A stretch of DNA of 64,000 nucleotides from the IMG/VR virus record IMGVR_UViG_3300012685_000002, positions 3,411-67,410 of that record; one strand, 5' to 3'. A program made the translations under genes and the position numbers. Each line of letters opens with the position of its first letter. Within the stretch, counting starts at the first letter, position 1. The notes under the pieces are model-generated. The model had not been told where the DNA came from and made no database searches. It worked only from the letters and a program-made list of their open reading frames with translations. Below are positions 18,282 through 24,090 of this stretch, piece after piece. Origin of the DNA: a virus.

Positions 18282-18536
18282 TTAGTGACGCTCTCGCCAC
18301 CAACAGCTGGTGGGGCGTCCGATCACTGCTTCCCCGTATACCTTCCGTGTGACGAAGCACACCATCACGGGGCTTCCTACTGCTTGCAACCAATACGCTT
18401 CGGTCCCGGTTCCATCATAGCTCCGTGGCCAGTAGGCACGTACAGGGCAGCTGGGGCTCGACACGTCTGGACAGTAGCCCATGTCCTTCACTGTCAGGCC
18501 CTGTGTCATCAGGAGAGCTGCGAGCCAGGTCCACAT
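18282..18536 (-). CDS. inter-tRNA hypothetical protein (84 aa)
   Basis: exactly fills the gap between tRNA-Asp and tRNA-Arg. Confidence 0.6.
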   Translation of the reverse strand: MWTWLAALLMTQGLTVKDMGYCPDVSSPSCPVRAYWPRSYDGTGTEAYWLQAVGSPVMVCFVTRKVYGEAVIGRPTSCWWRERH

Positions 18537-18537
18537 A

Positions 18538-18611
18538 CGCGACTGGAGGGATTCGAACCCTCGCTCTTCTCCGTGACAGGGAGATGGCTTGGACCGCTAG
18601 CCGACAATCGC
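18538..18611 (-). tRNA. tRNA-Asp(GTC)
   Basis: TCTCC-CTGTCAC-GGAGA; G73. Confidence 0.92.
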
Positions 18612-18641
18612 ATTGAGATAGTTTACTGTCATATCTCAGGA

Positions 18642-18734
18642 CTATGTTCTCTTCACTACTCCACAACGACACAACCAGTACCGACTTGCACCCCACGGAT
18701 AAATAATCCGTGTCCACCAATGTTTGTGTTTCAT
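18642..18734 (-). CDS. inter-tRNA micro-ORF (30 aa, MKHKHWW...CRCG)
   Basis: ATG 2 nt after tRNA-Ser discriminator; HxH..W..CxCG motif as in ORF 9205..9612. Confidence 0.5.
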   Translation of the reverse strand: MKHKHWWTRIIYPWGASRYWLCRCGVVKRT

Positions 18735-18736
18735 AG

Positions 18737-18819
18737 CGGAAGGTCAGAGACTCGAACTCTGGAACCCGTTAGGGCCAGCGGTTTTCGGGACCGTTTCCTC
18801 GACCGGCCGGACACCTTCC
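18737..18819 (-). tRNA. tRNA-Ser(CGA)
   Basis: loop CCCGAAA (C33); variable arm; G73. Confidence 0.85.
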
Positions 18820-18821
18820 AT

Positions 18822-18908
18822 TTATTGCGGCTGTGCGCTCGCTCCACCATGATCTTCAGGAGCATCTGACAACTCTCGCCATCTACGCACAGCTTCATCT
18901 GTTGTCAT
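18822..18908 (-). CDS. inter-tRNA micro-ORF (28 aa, MTTDEAVRRWRE...)
   Basis: fills gap between two tRNA-Ser genes. Confidence 0.45.
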   Translation of the reverse strand: MTTDEAVRRWRELSDAPEDHGGASAQPQ

Positions 18909-18909
18909 A

Positions 18910-19000
18910 CGGAGCGTCCAGGATTCGAACCTGGGTGGGGCCTCTGTGAGACTCCTCTGCGTTAGCACCGCAGCGCATTCAACCGCTCTGCCAACGCTCC
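18910..19000 (-). tRNA. tRNA-Ser(GCT)
   Basis: CTGCG-GTGCTAA-CGCAG; long variable arm. Confidence 0.92.
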
Positions 19001-19003
19001 AAG

Positions 19004-19083
19004 TCGTGGACCTAGGGTTCGAACCTAGCATGCCGAAGCGTCTGGTTTACAGCCAGGTGGGACACCGTAGTCCCTTGTCCACG
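19004..19083 (-). tRNA. tRNA-Tyr(GTA), C1:G72
   Basis: loop CTGTAAA; acceptor CGTGGAC/GTCCACG; short V arm. Confidence 0.87.
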
Positions 19084-19086
19084 AAG

Positions 19087-19158
19087 AGCCAAGTGCGTGA
19101 CTCGAACACGCGCTCCCGGTTTACGAAACCGGCGGTCTACCTGTTAACCTAACGAGGC
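19087..19158 (-). tRNA. tRNA-Thr(CGT)
   Basis: CCGGT-TTCGTAA-ACCGG; acceptor mismatches at pairs 4 and 5. Confidence 0.85.
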
Positions 19159-19310
19159 GTAAGCTTCTCGAACTTCTTCAGCACATCCTTGAGCTTCTTC
19201 AGCCGGACTCCCTCTGCCACCTGCACGGAGAGTCCATTTCGAAGCGCGTTGCCATAGGCCACGCTGGTCTCTAGCACCAGCTCTCGGATCTGCTGCATCG
19301 TCAACTCCAT
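19149..19310 (-). CDS. inter-tRNA small protein (53 aa, MELTMQQIRELV...)
   Basis: ATG 2 nt after tRNA-Asn; phage-like codon usage; stop overlaps tRNA-Thr 5' end. Confidence 0.6.
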   Translation of the reverse strand: MELTMQQIRELVLETSVAYGNALRNGLSVQVAEGVRLKKLKDVLKKFEKLTPR

Positions 19311-19312
19311 AA

Positions 19313-19384
19313 CTGGGACCGGAGGATTCGAACCTCCATCTCAGCGGGTAACAGCCGCGTGACTTGCCATTCGCCCAGATCCCA
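19313..19384 (-). tRNA. tRNA-Asn(GTT)
   Basis: loop CTGTTAC; G73. Confidence 0.87.
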
Positions 19385-19385
19385 A

Positions 19386-19460
19386 TGCAGTCAGGAGGAT
19401 TCGAACCTCCACTTGTACCACCTTCTCAGGATGGCCCGTATACCGTTCCGGCATGACTGC
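19386..19460 (-). tRNA. tRNA-Leu(GAG), no long variable arm
   Basis: CCATC-CTGAGAA-GGTGG; 7-nt variable region. Confidence 0.85.
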
Positions 19461-19463
19461 GAG

Positions 19464-19537
19464 TCGTCGGTCGAGGATTCGAACCCCGTGTCCCCGGTTT
19501 ATCAGACCGGTACTCCTACCATTCGAGCTGCCCGACG
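19464..19537 (-). tRNA. tRNA-Ile(GAT)
   Basis: CCGGT-CTGATAA-ACCGG. Confidence 0.88.
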
Positions 19538-19540
19538 AAG

Positions 19541-19613
19541 TTGGCCGCGTGGGCAATGATCCCACAACCTATCGGTTAAGAGCCGATTGCTCTGCCAGTT
19601 GAGCTAGCGACCA
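19541..19613 (-). tRNA. tRNA-Lys(CTT)
   Basis: ATCGG-CTCTTAA-CCGAT; atypical T loop ATCATTG. Confidence 0.88.
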
Positions 19614-19614
19614 G

Positions 19615-19698
19615 TGCACCTGGGAGGAGTTGAACCTCCATGACCTTGCGGTCACTGGTTTCTGAGACCAGTCTGTCTGCCAGTTCCAGCACAGATGC
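19615..19698 (-). tRNA. tRNA-Leu(CAG)
   Basis: CTGGT-CTCAGAA-ACCAG; V arm TGACC-GCAA-GGTCA. Confidence 0.92.
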
Positions 19699-19768
19699 AT
19701 GATCGGTGGGCCGCTAAGCCCTACTCCCTGCCGATCCAGGTAGACGGTAATGAGCCGTCGGGCCCGAG

Positions 19769-19839
19769 AGCTAAGAGCAGGAATCGAACCTGCGCTAGCT
19801 GCTTACCAAGCAGCTGGTCTACCACTAACCTATCGAAGC
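19769..19839 (-). tRNA. tRNA-Thr(GGT)
   Basis: GCTGC-TTGGTAA-GCAGC; acceptor mismatches at pairs 4 and 5. Confidence 0.87.
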
Positions 19840-19842
19840 AAG

Positions 19843-19915
19843 AGCCAGAGGACGGAGTTGAACCGTCACGATCCGCATTACAAGTGCGGCTTGGCATCCC
19901 GATAGCCGCTCTGAC
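19843..19915 (-). tRNA. tRNA-Thr(TGT)
   Basis: CCGCA-CTTGTAA-TGCGG; atypical D arm. Confidence 0.8.
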
Positions 19916-19964
19916 GTGAAGCCCACCGATCCGCAGACCAGGGGCTAGTCTCTTCTATGTACAG

Positions 19965-20037
19965 TGCTGCTCGAAGGACTCGAACCTTCAGTCAGCTGGG
20001 TTTGAGCCAGCCCCGTCTACCGTTGCGGCAGAGCAGC
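19965..20037 (-). tRNA. tRNA-Leu(CAA), no long variable arm
   Basis: GCTGG-CTCAAAC-CCAGC; 5-nt variable loop. Confidence 0.86.
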
Positions 20038-20044
20038 AATGCTA

Positions 20045-20185
20045 CTACTTCTTCCCAGCGTGCTTGAAGTACTCGACCTGCCGTTCCCGCTTCACTGCGG
20101 CGGCCTTGCTCCCAGGCTTCGAGAGGGGCTTGCCGGTCTTCTTGCTCTTCAGAACGAACTTCCCGCCGGTCTTCACGATGGTCAT
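20045..20185 (-). CDS. small highly basic protein (46 aa, ...AVKRERQVEYFKH)
   Basis: AAGGGGA SD, tandem TAG stops, phage-typical codon usage. Confidence 0.75.
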   Translation of the reverse strand: MTIVKTGGKFVLKSKKTGKPLSKPGSKAAAVKRERQVEYFKHAGKK

Positions 20186-20207
20186 ACATTCCCCTTGCAC
20201 AGGTGAG

Positions 20208-20280
20208 TCAGGAGCAGGGGATTCGCACCCCTGTCTGGACCTTGAGAGGGTCCTGTCCTAGGCTCCTAGACGAGCCCCTG
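20208..20280 (-). tRNA. tRNA-Glu(CTC)
   Basis: GGACC-CTCTCAA-GGTCC; T loop TGCGAAT. Confidence 0.86.
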
Positions 20281-20281
20281 A

Positions 20282-20355
20282 TGGCAGAGGAGGGAGTCGA
20301 ACCCTCGGATTCCAGTTTATGAGACTGGCGCAGGAGCCGTGCCTGCTCCTCTGCT
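20282..20355 (-). tRNA. tRNA-Met/fMet/Ile2(CAT)
   Basis: CCAGT-CTCATAA-ACTGG; 1:72 mismatch. Confidence 0.82.
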
Positions 20356-20359
20356 CTAG

Positions 20360-20431
20360 TTGGCCGACTGGGACTCGAACCCAGACCTTACCGCTTAAAA
20401 GGCGGATGTGCTGCGTTCACACTATCGACCA
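20360..20431 (-). tRNA. tRNA-Lys(TTT)
   Basis: loop CTTTTAA; canonical T arm. Confidence 0.88.
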
Positions 20432-20432
20432 G

Positions 20433-20504
20433 TTGGAAATCAGGGGATCGAACCCTGGGCCTCTCGGATGTGAGCCGAGCGCTCTACCGCTGAGCTAATC
20501 TCCA
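20433..20504 (-). tRNA. tRNA-Val(CAC)
   Basis: CTCGG-CTCACAT-CCGAG. Confidence 0.92.
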
Positions 20505-20505
20505 G

Positions 20506-20577
20506 AGCATCTGGCGGGTGCTGCCCCCGCTGCTTCCACCTTGGCAAGGTGGCAGTCTGCTGTTGACTTACAGATGC
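20506..20577 (-). tRNA. tRNA-Gly(GCC)
   Basis: CCACC-TTGCCAA-GGTGG; U73; T loop GGCAGCA. Confidence 0.85.
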
Positions 20578-20669
20578 AGTACCCGCGTTTAATGAGGTAG
20601 CGGGGATCTCAGGACGAGAACCAGGGGCACCATCGCGAAGCTGTTTACCGTGAGTCGCGATCTCACTCA

Positions 20670-20740
20670 AGCACCAGGCGGGAATCGGACCCGCGTGTCA
20701 AGTTTGGAAGACTTGCGCGCAGCCACTACGCCACTGATGC
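20670..20740 (-). tRNA. tRNA-Gly(TCC)
   Basis: CAAGT-CTTCCAA-ACTTG; U73. Confidence 0.86.
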
Positions 20741-20743
20741 ACA

Positions 20744-20815
20744 TGGGAGAGGAGGGTTCCGACCCCTCTTCTGGAGTTTGAAGGACTCCTGTCCTAGCCA
20801 GTAGACGAATCTCCC
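20744..20815 (-). tRNA. tRNA-Glu(TTC)
   Basis: GGAGT-CCTTCAA-ACTCC; C33; T loop GTCGGAA. Confidence 0.82.
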
Positions 20816-20817
20816 GG

Positions 20818-20888
20818 GGTGCTGTACGGGGTACGATCCCGTTCCTGAGCCTTCACAGGGCTCAATGCTTCCATTACACCACCAGCAC
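20818..20888 (-). tRNA. tRNA-His(GTG)
   Basis: GAGCC-CTGTGAA-GGCTC; C73; no encoded G-1. Confidence 0.85.
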
Positions 20889-20890
20889 AG

Positions 20891-20962
20891 ACAGTAGGGT
20901 GGGGATCGAACCCACGTTGCTGGGTTTGCAGTCCAGCGCCTGAACCACTCGGCTACCTACTG
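20891..20962 (-). tRNA. tRNA-Cys(GCA)
   Basis: loop CTGCAAA; U73. Confidence 0.9.
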
Positions 20963-20965
20963 AAG

Positions 20966-21037
20966 TCAGTGATGCAGGAGTCGCACCTGCCTGATCGTGC
21001 TCCCAAAGCACGCGCCTGTCTGCTAGGCTAATCACTG
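20966..21037 (-). tRNA. tRNA-Pro(TGG)
   Basis: CGTGC-TTTGGGA-GCACG. Confidence 0.88.
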
Positions 21038-21206
21038 AAGGTGACCACTTCATTCGTAGGCTGGTCACCCACCCACGCCAGTTCGTTTCGGACGACTGGC
21101 TATCCGATAGAGGAGGAGGAGAGGAGGCGTTGCCGCCCGCTTCTGCCGGTGAGTTACCCCATCCAGCATGTTGTATATCTGCCCGGGGCAGAGTCTCCGT
21201 GTCGAG
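21038..21206 (-). ncRNA. putative structured ncRNA with CCUCCU-rich tract
   Basis: several hairpins between two tRNA-Pro genes; no convincing ORF. Confidence 0.45.
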
Positions 21207-21282
21207 TCGGGGCTGCTGGAATCGAACCAGCCTGATGCCTCGCTTCCGAAGCGAGTGGCCCGAGCCTTGAGCCCGAACCCCG
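21207..21282 (-). tRNA. tRNA-Pro(CGG)
   Basis: CTCGC-TTCGGAA-GCGAG. Confidence 0.86.
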
Positions 21283-21295
21283 AGGTGATGGACCC

Positions 21296-21324
21296 ATAAT
21301 ATCTATGGGTCCACCAGTTGTCAA
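21296..21324 (-). promoter_or_regulatory. sigma70-type promoter of the tRNA/rnpB operon
   Basis: TTGACA-N17-TATTAT; overlapped by inverted repeat TGGACCCATA-N5-TATGGGTCCA. Confidence 0.85.
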
Positions 21325-21327
21325 GGC

Positions 21328-21942
21328 CTACCGAGTCCGCAGGGAAGGCCCTGCTTCCTCGACTTCTGCCGGGCTCGGAGCCACCTCGACTCCGTTCACG
21401 CCCTTGAACGCGATGACGTTGGCCACCGTCTCCTTCTTGGCCGAGCCGTCAGGGTTCTTGCGCGTCTTGGAGTCGTAGCTCCGCTGCTCGACCGTGAACA
21501 GGACTTCCCGGTTCGTGAACACCCCACCCGAGAGGGCGGTGATGAACTCGTCCAGGTCCACGTCCACGTTGCCCGTGGCGTCGAACGACGCGGCGCCCAG
21601 GGCCAGACCGAGCTGCGAGAACAGCGTGGCCGACTGCCGGATGCCGTAGGGGATAGAGTCATCCCACTCCGTCACATCCACGATGGAGATCGGCGTCTGT
21701 CCTGGCTTCGGGGGACGGACGATGTCGAGCCGCTGCATGAGCGGACGGGCACCGACCTGTGGCCCCTCAACCGGGGTGATCTCCTTGAAGGTCAGCGTCA
21801 GCCGAGCGCTGTCCTTCTTGTCCGGCGCGTTCTTCGTGTCCGAGGCGTACCACTCCTGCTTGGCCTCGATCAGCTTCCCCACGAATGTACCCTCGGGGAA
21901 TGGAGGAGACTTCCCTTCTGCGACGTGCGATGGGATCTTCAT
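21328..21942 (-). CDS. putative single-stranded DNA-binding protein
   Basis: PFPEGTFVGKL N-terminus; OB-fold-like pattern; follows Sak4-like ATPase. Confidence 0.65.
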   Translation of the reverse strand: MKIPSHVAEGKSPPFPEGTFVGKLIEAKQEWYASDTKNAPDKKDSARLTLTFKEITPVEGPQVGARPLMQRLDIVRPPKPGQTPISIVDVTEWDDSIPYGIRQSATLFSQLGLALGAASFDATGNVDVDLDEFITALSGGVFTNREVLFTVEQRSYDSKTRKNPDGSAKKETVANVIAFKGVNGVEVAPSPAEVEEAGPSLRTR

Positions 21943-21968
21943 GTTGCCTCACTGAGAGTTAGAAGTGA

Positions 21969-22859
21969 TCACTTCTTCGCTGCCTGCGACTGCCGAATGA
22001 GCCCCAGAAGCGCCTTGAAGTCATTCGGGATGAACTGCATGGGCGGCAGCGGCCCAGACAGCTTCGTGTGCCGTTCGTTATCGGGTCGGACCTGGAGCAT
22101 GTACTGGACATCGAAGCTCTTGGCCGTAGCCGAGAGTCCCATGTTCGCCTTGATCTGCATGTCCGTGTAGACCACGGTCGGGAACTGGGCCCCGAGCTTC
22201 CGACGGTACGAGCCACGGATCATCGGGAGCACATCCCCTTCGTACTCGACACCCTTGGCGGCATGGTCGGCGCTCTCCTTCTTCACGCCACCGTCCGAGG
22301 TGTCGTCCTTCGGCGCCTGGATGTGCCAGGTCACGGCCACATGCTTCCGCTTCTTGGCGACCTGGGTCAAGGAGATCAGATCCTTGATGCCTTCATCGAG
22401 CAGATTAGCCAGAGTCTCATACGGTAGCCAACGAGACTTGCCATCCATGTCGGCGGGTGTGCCCACGCCATGGGGAGCGAGCGCCGCGTGCCACGCCATT
22501 TCAGCGAGCTCAGTTCCTGAATCAAGAATGACGGCTTCAAACTGTTCGTCTTCCTCTCTGAGCCAGCGGACCAGCTTCCGGAACTCGGGAAAGCCATTGG
22601 CCACGAAGGTCTTGAGTGACGGTGCCCAGTCCTTGTCTTCGATCAGGACATTGGGAATGGTGAGCTGCTTGTACTTCCAGCTCTCGATCTCCTTCGCCAG
22701 CGTGGCGATCAGGAGCGTCTTCTCTGGGCCCACGTACTCGGCCATGGAGCCGCAGAGAGTACTCTTGCCGGTGCCCTGCGGACCTTCGATGACGTACGCC
22801 ACGTACTCTGAGGCGGCCGCCTTGCGAATGTCTGGGGTGTACTTCGTGACGAGTGTCAT
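21969..22859 (-). CDS. Sak4-like (AAA_24) ATPase / ssDNA annealing protein
   Basis: GPQGTGKST, VILDSGTEL, VAVTWH; context with nuclease and SSB. Confidence 0.8.
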   Translation of the reverse strand: MTLVTKYTPDIRKAAASEYVAYVIEGPQGTGKSTLCGSMAEYVGPEKTLLIATLAKEIESWKYKQLTIPNVLIEDKDWAPSLKTFVANGFPEFRKLVRWLREEDEQFEAVILDSGTELAEMAWHAALAPHGVGTPADMDGKSRWLPYETLANLLDEGIKDLISLTQVAKKRKHVAVTWHIQAPKDDTSDGGVKKESADHAAKGVEYEGDVLPMIRGSYRRKLGAQFPTVVYTDMQIKANMGLSATAKSFDVQYMLQVRPDNERHTKLSGPLPPMQFIPNDFKALLGLIRQSQAAKK

Positions 22860-23860
22860 AGGTCCAAGAAGCTCCGATCCACGGTGGTGTAGGCTGTGTG
22901 CATAGTGGCCTCACGAATGATCGGCGTCTGCGCACAGAGTTCGGCGAAGGTGCAGCCCCCGCACATCTTGCCCGTGTGCTGGGGGTAGTAGCCCTGCTGC
23001 TCGTAGTAGTCGAGCGCCTTGCGCCAGTGATACTGGTTCTTGATCGCTTCGTCCAGGTGGCTCGGGGAGTAGAGCATCGGGCCGAAGCGGCCGAAGCGCT
23101 CTCCCTTGAAGTCACTCAGGACCGCCCGCTCGCCCATGTAGATCCCGTTGATCAGGGCTCCGTTCAGCTGGATCTTCGTCATCCGGCTGAGCATCGCGCA
23201 GTAGCCCCGGAGCTGGTTCGAGAACCGGAACTGGTCGAAGTAGTAGGTCGAGAGATAGCTGTTCGTCGATTTGTGGTCCCACAGGTAGATCGCTCCGCCA
23301 GACTCCACGGGCAGGTCTGGCTTGCCAGAGTAGATGAAGGGGTGGCCCACCACATCCTCGAAGTCCATGATGATCTTGGACTCCCCCAGGATGACGTTGC
23401 CGTTGGGGGCGATACGGAAGACGGCCCCTACCACCTTCGAGAGATCGAGCTCCTCGAACTGGACTTCCAGCGGCTTGAAGGTATCCCGCCGCTTGGCGTA
23501 GTCCATGTAGTTCTTGAGCACAGTCTCCAGGAAGCCCAGGTTCAGGTGGCCGAACTTGGTCGAGGGCGGCGCGAAGTCGCGGCCCTTGCCCCACACGCGC
23601 GCGAGTTCCACGAGCGCGAGATCGCCGTCCACGCCCGCATAGAAGAGGGAGAGGGCGGCGTGGAGGGCCCCACCGGCCTTCATGGCGTAGCTCTCGTCCT
23701 TGGCCACGAGCCCATAGCGGATGGCGTACTCCCCGTTGCGGGGGCAGCGGGCGATCTGGGTGGCCGTGGTGGCGTCCCAGTTCGTCTCTACTCCCTTCTC
23801 TAGGAGCTCTCTATTGGGATAGAGAGGAGAGAAGTACTCGACTTCCTTGATGTCACTCAT
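22856..23860 (-). CDS. Cas4-like PD-(D/E)XK exonuclease
   Basis: CPR, GGALH, GKPDL, DHKST, QLRGY and CGGCTFAELC motifs. Confidence 0.85.
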   Translation of the reverse strand: MSDIKEVEYFSPLYPNRELLEKGVETNWDATTATQIARCPRNGEYAIRYGLVAKDESYAMKAGGALHAALSLFYAGVDGDLALVELARVWGKGRDFAPPSTKFGHLNLGFLETVLKNYMDYAKRRDTFKPLEVQFEELDLSKVVGAVFRIAPNGNVILGESKIIMDFEDVVGHPFIYSGKPDLPVESGGAIYLWDHKSTNSYLSTYYFDQFRFSNQLRGYCAMLSRMTKIQLNGALINGIYMGERAVLSDFKGERFGRFGPMLYSPSHLDEAIKNQYHWRKALDYYEQQGYYPQHTGKMCGGCTFAELCAQTPIIREATMHTAYTTVDRSFLDL

Positions 23861-24090
23861 GCCCGCTCCGGTGGGAAGAGATGCGCCTTCCCGTGAACCT
23901 TGATGAAGGTAAGCCACTCCTTGGGACTCCGTGGCTCGGTCAGATGGAGCTGATCAATCACGTCTCCACAGGTATCACAGAGCGGTACCGGCTGACGCAT
24001 GGGCCAGGCGAAGAGTCGTGTCGCCCGGTTCGGACAGCTCTTCAGCCCACAGAGACTCCGTGGGTCCAGCACGTTCTGTTGGGGCTGCAT
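23857..24090 (-). CDS. small Zn-binding hypothetical protein
   Basis: CGLKSC...CDTC; coupled to both neighbours. Confidence 0.6.
   Translation of the reverse strand: MQPQQNVLDPRSLCGLKSCPNRATRLFAWPMRQPVPLCDTCGDVIDQLHLTEPRSPKEWLTFIKVHGKAHLFPPERA

Noticed and set aside
20525-20540. SRP RNA-like GGAAGCAGC motif
   Set aside because: Lies within tRNA-Gly(GCC); no CAGG..GGAA helix 8 context
19699-20669. HDV-like theta ribozymes in tRNA trailers
   Set aside because: Could not build the P1/P1.1/P2/P3 nested double pseudoknot by eye; remains testable by CM search
17715-21235. Many 60-240 aa ORF-track entries across the tRNA array
   Set aside because: They overlap clear cloverleafs or rnpB and are spurious
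16987-21282. Stop-codon reassignment or suppressor tRNA
   Set aside because: No CTA/TCA/TTA anticodon found; genes are intact in code 11 and end with TAG, TGA or TAA
22856-23860. CRISPR-Cas system
   Set aside because: The Cas4-like protein sits in a Sak4/SSB recombination module; no repeat-spacer array or other cas genes were seen
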